Assembly (NCBI GenBank): GCA_002269645.1
Contig: NIVC01002451.1
Coordinates: forward strand, 1-64,000
Direction of reading: 5' to 3'
Origin: Macrostomum lignano
Lineage: Eukaryota
Length of the DNA: 64,000 nt
The translations under genes were made by a program, and so were the position numbers. Shown here piece by piece: positions 30,925-48,015 of the stretch; position 1 is the stretch's first letter; every line of letters starts with the position of its first letter. The notes below the pieces were generated by a model, which saw nothing but the letters and a program-made list of their open reading frames with translations, was not told the origin of the DNA and ran no database searches.

Positions 30925-31195
30925 TACTCTCTTATCTCCCTCTCTCTATCTCCCCTCTCTTATCTCCCTCTCTTTTATCTCCCTCTCTCTTATCTCCCTT
31001 TCTCTTATCTCCCTCTCTCTTATCTCCCTTTCTCTTATCTCCCTCTCTCTTATCTCCCTCTCTTTATCTCCCTCTCTCTTATCTCCCTTTCTCTTATCTC
31101 CCTCTCTCTTATCTCCCTTTCTCTTATCTCCCTCTCTCTTATCTCCCTTTCTCTCATCTCCCCTCTCTTATCCCCTCTCTTATCTCCCCCTCTCT
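30925..31195. repeat. CT-rich minisatellite, 15-bp unit TCTCTTATCTCCCTC
   Basis: About 18 copies. Confidence 0.93.
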
Positions 31196-31998
31196 CTCTC
31201 CAATCTCTCTCCCACTTTCTCTCCCAGTGATTTCAACGTTGTAGCTGATTGGGCAGGGACTGCAGCTGTCTCTCCTCTCCATCTCTCTCAAACTCTTGCT
31301 CTCCTTTTGCTCATCAGATGGCCAGAGTCCTCAAGCAATCGACGGTTTCTCTTCTTCATTCTCATTTTCCTTATCCGACTTTGCTCGCATGCAACCTGGT
31401 TGCCGAAACGTTTGTCTCGGCATTTCTATTTTATCAGCAGAATCAAGCTTCATCAAGGTGTAGGAATGAGCTCATTATCCGAGACAGACAAAGACCACCA
31501 GCTAGAATTTTTCTAAAAACAAAGACCATGTTCGCTTGGACAATTAGAAAATCCCTTTAGGCGAGAAGTTATAACAAAAAACCAAAAGGTTAAGAATGAA
31601 ACATCTTGCAAGAAAAAACAAGGCAAGGAAATTCGATGAAGCCGAGGAGAGAAACAGGAACAAAGACCAGCCTCTGTAGATGATTGGCGTTCCTCATCAG
31701 TCCTGCCATCTCGCTTTGCAAGGTGACACGTGGCACTCCGACAGGCAGCTCAATGGGGCCGACTCATGAACTGCAGGGCTTGCTAGATTGATAGCTGATA
31801 GATTAAAGACGATTATTTATTAAGATTTTTGAGCTGCGCTGTACAGGGGGGAGGGGAGGAACAGATTTATTTAATCCGCGGTAGGCATCAAATTTTTACT
31901 CACTGATTTACGGCAATCGAAGATTGATGCTGGGGCTGGCGGCGAGTGAGATTTTGGAAGGTGGAAGTAGCGATTGCAGAGCGGGGGAGATACACGTC

Positions 31999-33135
<1,137 letters not shown>

Positions 33136-33579
33136 CCCAGGGAGACGCAGCAGAGATGAAGAGGGCAGCAAAGTGCTCAAACAGGATCATGGGATTAAGC
33201 ATCGAGCCAGAGGACACTCCCAGGACTCGCCAGTCTCCATTATTTGCGCTCAATTTCATATTTAGATATTTTCTTAAGGCATCGAATAACTGGGGCCCCG
33301 AGATGATTGCGTCACGATTCAGCCTCGTCCGTCATCTCGACGACCTACCCCCCACCCAGCTGCTTAGCTCGAAGCTGGTTCGAACTCGGGGGTGGGGACA
33401 AAAATTGTCTGTCAAAATCTCCCGCCCTGGCAAACACAGCTGCGGCCCGGTTTCTGGGACGGAAACGGCTCTGACGTGTGGGGCCGGATGCTAAACTCAC
33501 CGCTGGGCTTATGACTGCCTGCGATTATCTGCCTGTGTCAGCTGCCGAAACTGAAGAGTGTTAAGGTTGCTTAAGTAAT

Positions 33580-34101
<522 letters not shown>

Positions 34102-34760
34102 AGCGTGTCAGCCTGTCAAACCTAATGTTATCTAAGCCTTTCCCCACAATTGCACTCGTTGCCACTCATTCGCGTTATTAAGGCAGGAGAGTGACAGCAG
34201 CAGCCCCACAGGATCCTCGGATGCGAAACTTCGCTGTGAGAGCAAAAATAAGCGGCGCTGCTTCAACGGAGAGGGCGAGAGCGCAGTCGAGGGCCCGGCC
34301 AGTCAGGGCCAATGGCGATAATGCACAGCAGCAATGTTTGAGCTGCCAAAACTGACTGAGACAGGCGGGGGGGGGGGGTCGCCCCACTTACTCGAGTTCC
34401 TTCTTCTTCTAAAATGGCTCCTCCTAATATAAGCTCCCTCCAGCCACTGCCACTACACCTCTGCTCCCATACTTGACGGGTGTCAGCTCAGAGGCCCGCT
34501 GCTGCCTATTCTGCGGCTATTTGGGCTAAAATGGGGAATATTATTTTCGAGTGCGGCCGCGTGCTGGGCGGAACCCCCCCCCCCAACCGGGGTTCCAGTC
34601 GTCGGTAGGCGTGGCTCTTTCCAATTCTCGCCTAGTCAAGGAGATCGTCAACCAGAGTCTGGGGAGAGCCAATTCCCCCCGGACCCTAAAGATGCCAGTT
34701 TGACAGAGCCTTCGGCGGCATTGTGGTCCCGCAGCCAGCGCTAAAGCGCTAAAGACACTA

Positions 34761-34762
<2 letters not shown>

Positions 34763-34814
<52 letters not shown>
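34763..34814. repeat. Short (GACA)n with the GACACTAAGAC interruption
   Basis: Directly visible. Confidence 0.9.
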
Positions 34815-34815
<1 letters not shown>

Positions 34816-35319
34816 AAGACTTTCTATCCCAGCAACTTTTTTGCGTCTTGAAATCACGGAGTTCGTGATAGAGCCGATGGCACTCCGGACTCTGGCTGGC
34901 GGTCTCCTTGCACTGGGGGGTGGAAGGCCCCAGCCAGAAAATATTCCCCTTCTCAAGTGCTTTCGGGCCTGGGAAGTGAATAAAGCGGGACTGTGGGCGG
35001 AGAGAGGCCTGAGTGCGCCGCTAAATAGGAAGTGGGTCGATCTGAGATGCCTCAGGGGCAGCCTGGATTCGAGGGGAGTGGCCCAAACTATTATGGCACA
35101 CCTCAACCCTTCTAAACACCTTTATGACGTCAACAAACAGTGACACGGTTCCGGCTCCTTCCCTCCGCACCACTCAACACTCAACTCCTCTTTTGCTTCA
35201 CTATTTGGCAGCCCCCACTCAGCTGCGTTTGACAGAAAATGAATGAAATCTCCAGGGCGAAAACTGCCTTCCCTCTGAAAGCTGGGGGAAAAGACACCGA
35301 AGACAGTAAAAACTTCAGA

Positions 35320-35650
35320 AGACAGTCAGAGGAACTTAAGAAGACAGTCAGAAGAACTTAAGAAGACAGTCAGAAGAACTTAAGAAGACAGTCAGAAGAA
35401 CTTAAGAAGACAGCAAAAACCTCAAAAGACAGTCAGAAGAACGTCAGAACAGTCAGAAGAACTTAAAAAGACAGCAAGAACCTCAGAACAGTTAGAAGAA
35501 CCTCAGAAGACAGCAAAAACCTCAGAAGACAGTCAGAAGAACTTCAGAAGACAGCAAGAACCTCAGAAGAAGCCAGAAGAACCTCAGATAAAGAACCTCA
35601 CATGAAGAATCTCAGATGAAGAACCTCAGATGAAGAACCTCAGATGAAGA
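35320..35650. repeat. Degenerate GAA-rich minisatellite (AGAAGAACTTAAGAAGACAGTC-like)
   Basis: Imperfect tandem copies. Confidence 0.85.
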
Positions 35651-36377
35651 ACAAGACAAAGCAAAAGCAGAAGTCAGCAGTCTCCTAGCTATGCTAACCC
35701 GAAAAACTCCAAAAGACGGCCTGAGTCTCTTTGCTTTCAAAAAAATCTTTAAGGGCTCAACTCAAAATTTGGACCGTCACCCCAGCCTCTGACTCAGCGG
35801 CTCGAGAACTACTCTCTGAGTGGGAGCCTCATCTCTTCACATCTGACAGGGGACTGAATTTGGGCTCTCGCTTCAGTTTGAAATTATTTTTGTTTATCCA
35901 GGCCGACACTGGGAAAACAAGTTTTGACAGGGCGCGCTGTCGCCCCCCCCCCGCTCTTCCGTCTGAGTTTCCTTCTTCTCTGGTGAATCAGTTTCTCAGA
36001 TCTGATGCAGCTTAAGTTAGCGAACAGTAGGAATAACCTTGAAGCCTCTAACTACAGCATCAGGTACATTCCAGAGTCAGTGGGTGTTACTAAGGCCTAA
36101 GAAGATTCCACAGGAAATTTGAGTCTGCAAATTGTTTTCCTAATTAAATAATTAATGAGATATCTCCTCCAACAAATTTCTTCCGAAAACTCAGAAAGGA
36201 CGAATGAGGTCGTGAATAATGACCTGCGCTTGGGGTTCGTTAGCAGAACAGCTCAAATTACCTGCACGCTAAAACTAACTGTGACCTGCTGGAACCCGAC
36301 TACTGGGTATCGAATTCTTCGTGAAATTATGCAAAACGAAGCGTTTTCTCTAATGACCTCTTATTCGATTAAAATAT

Positions 36378-37620
<1,243 letters not shown>

Positions 37621-38404
37621 CACCCGGAGGCAATAAATCTCGCAGTCAGATAATTAGCAGGTGATTCAGTCCCACAGACCAGCAATGCAGATAATTAGGC
37701 AAGCCAAGTGTTGATTTCTGACTATTCTAAAGAAGCAGAAACGCATCTGTCTGGGCCGGTCCTTGTCCCCCCCCCCCTGGTTGGCCATAGCGGAGCCTCG
37801 CCAACTGTTGCATCACAGGCTCCGCCATCCAGTCTAGGAGGAATAATCCAGAGAGTGTGGGAGACAGAAAGTCAGTTGTAAAAAATGCCATTTCTTGTTG
37901 CTAAGTCGATCGGGGCTTCCTTTTTTCTCTCGCTTCCCCAGCTTCAAGCAGGGCGCGGCGACCTCAGCTTGTTAAGCTACAGGCCTGGGCAAAGCTCCGA
38001 ATTTCGTGGGAAAAGACGCGGGAAGAAAGAAAAGTTTCAAAGTCTGCTGCTTCAAGCTGGCCAAGAAATGGAATTAAAAGCAGAGAAGCAAAGAGTAATC
38101 GGTTATTCCACCTGCCGGTCAGCTGCTGACGGGGTCAGTTGGTGCATTACCGGCACCGGATTATCGAGTGGAAACTCGAAAGCACAGAGCAAGGTTCAAA
38201 TGGCGGTTTGGGATTCTTTGAATCCGAAGCAGGGCATGCTGGAATGGCTCTCCGGCTGCATGGGTGGCCAGCTTCTTGCCCAAGGACCGCTACAGGTCTG
38301 GACGGACAAGGGCTGCGTTTCTTCGAATAATTACATTTAAAGGCTCGCGTTTGCAGCAAAAATGCGCTAAAATACACTTGTTTTCTGCTAACTTCAAGGC
38401 TAAA

Positions 38405-39780
38405 GCTATAGAATCTTCACAAACTATGGAATCTTCACAAACTATAGAATCTTCACAAACTATGGAATCTTCACAAACTATAGAATCTTCACAAACTATG
38501 GAATCTTCACAAACTATAGAATCTTCACAAACTATGGAATCTTCACAAACTATGGAATCTTCACAAACTATGGAATCTTCACAGACTATGGAATCTTCAC
38601 AAACTATAGAATCTTCACAAACTATAGAATCTTCACAAACTATGGAATCTTCACAAACTATGGAATCTTCACAAACTATGGAATCTTCACAAACTATGGA
38701 ATCTTCACAAACTATAGAATCTTCACAAACTATGGAATCTTCACAAACTATGGAATCTTCACAAACTATAGAATCTTCACAAACTATAGAATCTTCACAA
38801 ACTATGGAATCTTCACAAACTATGGAATCTTCACAAACTATGGAATCTTCACAAACTATGGAATCTTCACAAACTATAGAATCTTCACAAACTATGGAAT
38901 CTTCACAAACTATGGAATCTTCACAAACTATAGAATCTTCACAAACTATAGAATTTTCACAAACTATGGAATCTTCACAAACTATGGAATCTTCACAAAC
39001 TATGGAATCTTCACAAACTATGGAATCTTCACAAACTATGGAATCTTCACAAACTATAGAATCTTCACAAACTATGGAATCTTCACAAACTATAGAATCT
39101 TCACAAACTATGGAATCTTCACAAACTATAGAATCTTCACAAACTATGGAATCTTCACAAACTATGGAATCTTCACAAACTATAGAATCTTCACAAACTA
39201 TAGAATCTTCACAAACTATGGAATCTTCACAAACTATGGAATCTTCACAAACTATGGAATCTTCACAAACTATGGAATCTTCACAAACTATAGAATCTTC
39301 ACAAACTATGGAATCTTCACAAACTATACAATCTTCACAAACTATACAATCTTCACAAACTATACAATCTTCACAAACTATATAGAATCTTCACAAACTA
39401 TACAATCTTCACAAACTATAGAATCTTCACAAACTATAGAATCTTCACAAACTATACAATCTTCACAAACTATAGAATCTTCACAAACTATATAGAATCT
39501 TCACAAACTATGGAATCTTCACAAACTATAGAATCTTCACAAACTATAGAATCTTCACAAACTATGGAATCTTCACAAACTATGGAATCTTCACAAACTA
39601 TGGAATCTTCACAAACTATACAATCTTCACAAACTATATACAATCTTCACAAACTATGGAATCTTCACAAACTATACAGTCTTCACAAACTATATACAAT
39701 CTTCACAAACTATAGAATCTTCACAAACTATAGAATCTTCACAAACTATAGAATCTTCACAAACTATAGAATCTTCACAG
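38405..39780. repeat. Minisatellite, 18-bp unit GAATCTTCACAAACTATR
   Basis: About 75 copies; gives the (M/I)ESSQT pseudo-ORF. Confidence 0.98.
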
Positions 39781-40204
39781 GCTTCACAAGAAATACAAGC
39801 CAGCTGCAATACAAGAAAGAGAGTCTGGCACGCTATTTCAGCTCCATCTGATCGAAGCGGCACCGAACCGAACCGAAATCGGGGTCTTGGTGTCGGAAAT
39901 CCCATCAAGGTTCGGTCTGCCAACCCCCAGGCACTTTCTGTTTCAATAAAAATATATAGGATCTTCTTCCACAATTTCACTATTGACACTTTCGCTTGTT
40001 CGCTCATTCCATTGATTGATTTTCCACAAGGCCTTTCTCTGTTCCCCGAGTTCGCTTGATTGCGTCAAAATCCTGTCCAGGATGAAAGGAGATGAGCTGC
40101 TGGGGACAGAAGGAACACAGACTGAAGTGAGGACTTGCTATTGAACTGGGAGCACATTATGAGATTGGTTCTATGTGGTGACATTATGTTCCACCTTACT
40201 AGCT

Positions 40205-43200
40205 CGTGCATCAGTATGGTAACACTTTGTCCCACACTGCTACACAAGTATGGTAACACTATCCCACACTGCTGCACCAGTATGGTAGCACTCTGTCCCA
40301 CACTGCTACACAAGTATGGTAACACTCTATCCCACACTGCTGCACCAGTATGGTAGCACTCTGTCCCACACTGCTACACCAGTATGGTAGCACTCTGTCC
40401 CACACTGCTACACCAGTATGGTAGCACTCTGTCCCACACTGCTACACCAGTATGGTAGCACTCTGTCCCACACTGCTACACCAGTATGGTAGCACTCTGT
40501 CCCACACTGCTACACCAGTATGGTAGCACTCTGTCCCACACTGCTACACCAGTATGGTAGCACTCTGTCCCACACTGCTACACCAGTATGGTAGCACTCT
40601 GTCCCACACTGCTACACAAGTATGGTAACACTATCCCACACTGCTGCACCAGTATGGTAGCACTCTGTCCCACACTGCTACACAAGTATGGTAACACTCT
40701 ATCCCACACTGCTGCACCAGTATGGTAGCACTCTGTCCCACACTGCTACACCAGTATGGTAGCACTCTGTCCCACACTGCTACACCAGTATGGTAGCACT
40801 CTGTCCCACACTGCTACACCAGTATGGTAGCACTCTGTCCCACACTGCTACACCAGTATGGTAGCACTCTGTCCCACACTGCTACACCAGTATGGTAGCA
40901 CTCTGTCCCACACTGCTACACCAGTATGGTAGCACTCTGTCCCACACTGCTACACCAGTATGGTAGCACTCTGTCCCACACTGCTACACCAGTATGGTAG
41001 CACTCTGTCCCACACTGCTACACCAGTATGGTAGCACTCTGTCCCACACTGCTACACCAGTATGGTAGCACTCTGTCCCACACTGCTACACCAGTATGGT
41101 AGCACTCTGTCCCACACTGCTACACCAGTATGGTAGCACTCTGTCCCACACTGCTACACAAGTATGGTAACACTATCCCACACTGCTGCACCAGTATGGT
41201 AGCACTCTGTCCCACACTGCTACACAAGTATGGTAACACTCTATCCCACACTGCTGCACCAGTATGGTAGCACTCTGTCCCACACTGCTACACCAGTATG
41301 GTAGCACTCTGTCCCACACTGCTACACCAGTATGGTAGCACTCTGTCCCACACTGCTACACCAGTATGGTAGCACTCTGTCCCACACTGCTACACCAGTA
41401 TGGTAGCACTCTGTCCCACACTGCTACACCAGTATGGTAGCACTCTGTCCCACACTGCTACACCAGTATGGTAGCACTCTGTCCCACACTGCTACACCAG
41501 TATGGTAGCACTCTGTCCCACACTGCTACACCAGTATGGTAACACTCTGTCCCACACTGCTACACCAGTATGGTAGCACTCTGTCCCACACTGCTACACC
41601 AGTATGGTAGCACTCTGTCCCACACTGCTACACCAGTATGGTAGCACTCTGTCCCACACTGCTGCACAAGTAAGTAACACTCTATCCCACACTGCTACAC
41701 CAGTATGGTAACACTCTGTCCCACACTGCTGCACAAGTATGGTAACACTCTATCCCACACTGCTACACCAGTATGGTAACACTCTGTCCCACACTGCTAC
41801 ACCAGTATGGTAACACTCTGTCCCACACTGCTACACCAGTATGGTAGCACTCTGTCCCACACTGCTGCACAAGTATGTAACACTCTATCCCACACTGCTG
41901 CACAAGTATGTAACACTCTGTCCCACACTGCTGCACAAGTATGTAACACTCTGTCCCACACTGCTACACCAGTATGGTAACACTCTGTCCCACACTGCTA
42001 CACCAGTATGGTAGCACTCTGTCCCACACTGCTGCACAAGTATGTAACACTCTATCCCACACTGCTGCACAAGTATGTAACACTCTGTCCCACACTGCTG
42101 CACAAGTATGTAACACTCTGTCCCACACTGCTGCACAAGTATGTAACACTCTGTCCCACACTGCTGCACAAGTATGTAACACTCTATCCCACACTGCTGC
42201 ACAAGTATGTAACACTCTGTCCCACACTGCTGCACAAGTATGTAACACTCTGTCCCACACTGCTGCACAAGTATGTAACACTCTGTCCCACACTGCTGCA
42301 CAAGTATGTAACACTCTGTCCCACACTGCTGCACAAGTATGTAACACTCTATCCCACACTGCTGCACAAGTATGTAACACTCTGTCCCACACTGCTGCAC
42401 AAGTATGTAACACTCTGTCCCACACTGCTGCACAAGTATGTAACACTCTGTCCCACACTGCTGCACAAGTATGTAACACTCTGTCCCACACTGCTGCACA
42501 AGTATGTAACACTCTGTCCCACACTGCTGCACAAGTATGTAACACTCTGTCCCACACTGCTACACCAGTATGTAACACTCTGTCCCACACTGCTGCACAA
42601 GTATGTAACACTCTGTCCCACACTGCTGCACAAGTATGTAACACTCTGTCCCACACTGCTACACAAGTATGTAACACTCTGTCCCACACTGCTGCACAAG
42701 TATGTAACACTCTGTCCCACACTGCTACACCAGTATGGTAACACTCTGTCCCACACTGCTACACCAGTATGGTAGCACTCTGTCCCACACTGCTGCACAA
42801 GTATGTAACACTCTATCCCACACTGCTGCACAAGTATGTAACACTCTGTCCCACACTGCTGCACAAGTATGTAACACTCTGTCCCACACTGCTGCACAAG
42901 TATGTAACACTCTGTCCCACACTGCTGCACAAGTATGTAACACTCTGTCCCACACTGCTACACCAGTATGTAACACTCTGTCCCACACTGCTGCACAAGT
43001 ATGTAACACTCTGTCCCACACTGCTGCACAAGTATGTAACACTCTGTCCCACACTGCTACACCAGTATGTAACACTCTGTCCCACACTGCTGCACAAGTA
43101 TGTAACACTCTGTCCCACACTGCTGCACAAGTATGTAACACTCTATCCCACACTGCTACACCAGTATGGTAACACTCTATCCCACACTGCTGCACAAGTA

Positions 43201-43395
43201 TGTAACACTCTATCCCACACTGCTGCACAAGTATGTAACATTCTATCCCACACTGCTGCACAAGTATGTAACACTCTGTCCCACACTGCTGCACAAGTAT
43301 GTAACACTCTATCCCACACTGCTGCACAAGTATGTAACACTCTGTCCCACACTGCTGCACAAGTATGTAACACTCTATCCCACACTGCTGCACCA
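40205..43395. repeat. 3.2 kb minisatellite with 34-bp (CACTCTGTCCCACACTGCTACACCAGTATGGTAG) and 33-bp (CACTCTGTCCCACACTGCTGCACAAGTATGTAA) variant domains
   Basis: About 95 copies; the 34-mer dominates to ~41650, the 33-mer after ~41870. Confidence 0.98.
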
Positions 43396-44689
43396 CTCAT
43401 CAAACTGATAATTCAAAATTATCTCAGAAACCGGAATTGGATGCTGAAAATAAATTTAAAAAATGATGTGGATGTTTTGAAGAAAAAAATCACTGATTTT
43501 ATCATTTTGCGACTCACAGAGTTTGAGACTGACTGCTGGCACGCATCATTTATTGAATACAATAAATAAGATACAACAAACAATTCTCATTCAGTCTCAT
43601 GGTCACTGCGAATGCATGCCGAGAATCTCTCCAGTCATCATTGTATTCTGAAACTTGTTTCGATACAATCTTTGTTCAGCTTCAATTGTTGGCTCACGCA
43701 AAACGTGCAGTCGGTTGGTTGTTTGGTTCATAAAAAGTTCTACTTTTAATCCACGCAGCTTAATGGGTTTGCGTGCCTAAGCTCCTGATTCACATCCGAG
43801 TGGCCTGGCTGACTCAAATAGGTCTCAGACAAACTCATTATAGAATCCACTGCTCAGGAGGGAGTCTGTCTGCTTAGCGTTTTGATAATGTTACATTTTT
43901 CTTTTATTGATTTGTTAATTAATTTCTACTTGGCACGAACGCTGCAAGTTTTGTTGCATTTTTGCATGCATTCTTTCGCTGCGCAACACCTGTTGAAATG
44001 GGAATAATGATAATCAAATAGACATGGGAGCGCTTGGGAGGGAGTGGGTGCTAGGGTTAGGGTTGAGCAACTGCCAAAACAGTTTTAATGACTATGTAAA
44101 ATAAATTTGTAATTAGTTAGCCAACCAACCGAAAGGTACCTGATCTAAAATCTCGCCCGGACCTTCGGGACATTCCCGTTCTGGGAGGGGGAGGGGGAGA
44201 GTGAGGGTGAGAGTGAGGGTGAGAGTGAGGGTGAGAGTGAAGTAGAGTGGGAAATGGGGATGCAGAGAGAGGTGGGAGAGTGCAGTGGCCTATCCCAGGA
44301 TCCATAGCGCAGTCAACACGGCAATGATTTATTGCATAGTGCCGCTAGTTCGCGCCTGCGCAGATGACCCGCACTGATAAAGAGGTCGGTCGCAGAAATG
44401 ACAGCCGAAGCAAGTGCCTGTCACAGGCACAGCCACCCCCCCCCCCCGATGCACTGCTGCAGCCTGTGCGGCCTCCCACCAAACAGAAACACTGGCCGTG
44501 CGGTCTCTGGGACCTGCACGTTCGAGGGATGAAGTCGGCACTCTATTCTCCCGATTGGCAAACCCCCCCACCCCCCCTGTTTACTCTGCGTGTCAATCTC
44601 GCGATTTCCCGTTTCGTTTTCTTATAGTTTCGGTTCTAGTTTGAAAATAAATATATAACTCTCTGCTGCAGTGAAACTTCTGAGGCGCC

Positions 44690-45030
44690 GCCGCCACTCT
44701 GATCCTTCAGTGGGAATCCGCCTCCTCTCTGATCCTTCAGTGGGAATCCGCCCCTCTGATCATTCAGTGGGAATCCGCCCCCTCTCTGATCCTTCAGTGG
44801 GAATCCGCCCCCCTCTGATCATTCAGTGGGAATCCGCCCCCTCTCTGATCCTTCAGTGGGAATCCGCCCCCTCTGATCATTCAGTGGGAATCCGCCTCCT
44901 CTCTGATCCTTCAGTGGGAATCCGCCCCCTCTGATCATTCAGTGGGAATCCGCCCCCTCTCTGATCCTTCAGTGGGAATCCGCCCCCTCTGATCATTCAG
45001 TGGGAATCCGCACCCCCCCCCCTGATGCTT
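44690..45030. repeat. Minisatellite, ~28-30-bp unit TCTGATCMTTCAGTGGGAATCCGCCCC
   Basis: About 11 copies. Confidence 0.95.
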
Positions 45031-46311
45031 CAGTGAAAGAAGAAATCTCTGACTTCAAAGAAGATGGTACAGGATAAAGTGTGACAAAATTCTTTTTTGC
45101 ATGGCAACACGGCCTCGGAGATCCCAGATGAGATAACTAAAAAAGCCTTGCATTCTTCTGCATCGTAGAGAGACTTCGACCTGGAATATTTTATGTCACC
45201 AATATGCTACACTAAGAATTAATTAATACTTTCCCAAAATGTACCGAAACTCCTACATAAAAGTGCCTTTTCGATGCATATCGGATTATTAGGGAGCCAG
45301 GCAAATAACTAACTTGAAAAAAGACACAACGGGTTTAAAGCCAGGCTTATCTGGACGTCGATCAGATAAACCCTTGCCATTACAAAACGCTGTTACGTCA
45401 CCCTCCAACTTGACTTGGCAGTCACTAGGCAATTTTTTTCACGACTTCGCGCAGATGCATCACCCGCCACTCAGTTTCCTAAAAATATTTTTTTCTCAAG
45501 ATTTACTACTTATAAACTAAATATAATTAGTATGACGCAAATATACAGGGAAATAATATAAATGGATAGGTGTACAAATATTCACAATTTAGCTTATCTA
45601 ACCGCGGTCAATTCTGCTTAACTTGAATCTCTAGCCAATTCCCTTACATAAAGCAAGTGTTCATCCACCAATATTACAGTTTATTATAATAAAAAGATCT
45701 TTACAATCGAAACAATTATAACAATTGAATACAGGTACGCGTGCATCGAGCGGACCTGGAGTCAAATCATGTACGATTCTGTCAACCTGTCATTCAAGTT
45801 CTGAATTTCGACACTTTGCACAGCTGAATTCATTCTCTCTTAAAGTCCTTGCAGCGACCTCAGGTCACTCTTCATCGCTGTCCGGCCCAGCGAAGATCGG
45901 GTTGGACACCTCGAGACCGCTGGTCTGGGGAGGGGGGGCTGGGTGGCTTATTGAGGCTGCCCTATCTCTCATTTCTCCCCATATCTCCCTTTTCTCCCTC
46001 TCTCTCTACATTTTCCCCCCTCTCTCCCTTTTCTCCCCCTCTCTCCCTTCTCTCCCTCTCCCTCCCTTTCCTTTCTCTATCTCTCGTCCTCTCTTTTTTT
46101 CTTCATCTATCCTCTCTAAACTACCTTTCTTCTCCCATTCTGTTTGAAATCTCTCCCAGATCTCCACCCTAAAAACTTGGCAGTCACTCACAGACGCGAG
46201 TCCGGGACAGCCGTAGATATTGGAGTCCTCCTGGTCCGAGTCAGCCTCTTGGATGGGCGACTTAGAGGGGCCGCTTCTGGTATGAAAGAGAATGGGAAAT
46301 ATTGCTGCTGG

Positions 46312-46715
46312 AAAATGGGATTGATCAGCTGGGATATGGGATTGATCAGCCGGGGGATGGGATTGATCAGCTGGGATATGGGATTGATCAGCTGGGATAT
46401 GGGATTGATCAGCTGGGATATGGGATTGATCAGCCGGGGGATGGGATTGATCAGCTGGGATATGGGATTGATCAGCTGGGATATGGGATTGATCAGCTGG
46501 GGGATGGGATTGATCAGCTGGGATATGGGATTGATCAGCTGGGATATGGGATTGATCAGCCGGGGGATGGGATTGATCAGCTGGGGGATGGGATTGATCA
46601 GCTGGGATATGGGATTGATCAGCCGGGGGATGGGATTGATCAGCTGGGGGATGGGATTGATCAGCTGGGGGATGGGATTGATCAGCTGGGAAATGGGATT
46701 GATCAGCTGAAATAT
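46312..46715. repeat. Minisatellite, 21-bp unit GGGATTGATCAGCTGGGATAT
   Basis: About 19 copies. Confidence 0.97.
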
Positions 46716-47009
46716 GGGATTGCTCACCACGAGCGTTATGGTAAAAAATATCCAAAACAGTAAACTCACTTTGGTTTAAAAGCGGAAGCAATATTCTGCT
46801 TCTGTCGCTGATAGTAGGACTTCTGCGCATGAACGGCTAATTTTGTATCGCCAGCAACCGCGCCGCCGCCGCTGACTCCGCTAAAGGCGCTGCCCTGGCT
46901 GCCGAACACGATGGGCTGCCGGCCACCCGGGTCGTTTTCGTCAGCGGCTCGGAGGGCGGCAGAATATCTGCAGTTTGGAGTGATTCTCTGCGGTTTGGAG
47001 TGATTCACT

Positions 47010-47520
47010 CGAGCTTAGAGTGATTCTCTGCGGTGTGCGGGATTCTCTGCGGTGTGTGCGGGATTCTGTGCGGTGTGCGGGATTCTCTGCGGTGTGTGCG
47101 GGATTCTCTGTGGAGTGTGCGGGATTCTCTGTGGTGTGTGCGGGATTCTCTGTGGTGTGTGCGGGATTCTCTGTGGTGTGTGCGGGATTCTCTGGTGTGT
47201 GCGGGATTCTCTGTGGTGTGTGCGGGATTCTCTGTGGTGTGTGCGGGATTCTCTGTGGTGTGTGCGGGATTCTCTGTGGTGTGTGCGGGATTCTCTGGTG
47301 TGTGCGGGATTCTCTGTGGAGTGTGCGGGATTCTCTGTGGAGTGTGCGGGATTCTCTGTGGTGTGTGCGGGATTCCCTGTGGAGTGTGTGGGATTCTCTG
47401 TGGTGTGTGCGGGATTCTCTGTGGAGTGTGCGGGATTCTCTACAGCTTAGAGTGACTCTCTACAGCTTGGAGTGATTCTATACAGCTTAGAGTGACTCTC
47501 ACAGCTCGGAGTGATATTTT
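47010..47520. repeat. Minisatellite, 21-bp unit GGGATTCTCTGTGGTGTGTGC with degenerate flanks
   Basis: About 21 copies. Confidence 0.95.
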
Positions 47521-48015
47521 ACATTGATAAGATTCATTTGCTGGAGAGGGGTTATCGACTGGAAAATATCAATCCTCTAAATACAGATTGTAAAGTTCAA
47601 TAAAATATCACAAGCTCAGTAATCCCAGAAGTCATCCTGGGCTGACCAGCTCGGGAATGCGTGAGCTGTGAGACGAGTCAATTTAATTTTCTAATCTGTC
47701 AGTCTCCCCCTCTCCGAAGGGGATCAGAGCGCCGATCGGGTAATCCATTAGCTTGCATGTATGCTCCAATCAAACTGATTAAAGTCCGCAGTGAGCTTAC
47801 TTGTAGCAGAACACGGAGCCGACAATGATTAATGTGACAGCAATCAGAGTCAGTACGCCGATGGCCACTGGAATGTTTCGAAGTGACTCAGAATGATTTG
47901 GTTGATGATTTGTCTATCAATTTGTTAGTTCGCTTGTGTACACATGCTTGACGATGAGTCAGGCCCGCTGTACACCCTGTGTAAGCGTGTGCATGCGTAC
48001 AGTAACCGTGTCATT

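Noticed and set aside
33375-33390. B-box-like GGTTCGAACTC
   Set aside because: No correctly spaced A-box or tRNA-like structure.
38264-39385. 373-aa (M/I)ESSQT repeat ORF resembling a repetitive secreted protein
   Set aside because: An 18-bp satellite is open simply because the unit is a stop-free multiple of 3. The array continues past a 2-bp insertion that breaks the frame, and there is no signal peptide or splice context.
40205-43395. CRISPR-like appearance of the regular 26-53-bp repeats (also 51815-52565, 53130-53595)
   Set aside because: Units are head-to-tail with no unique spacers, there are no cas genes, and the context is eukaryotic.
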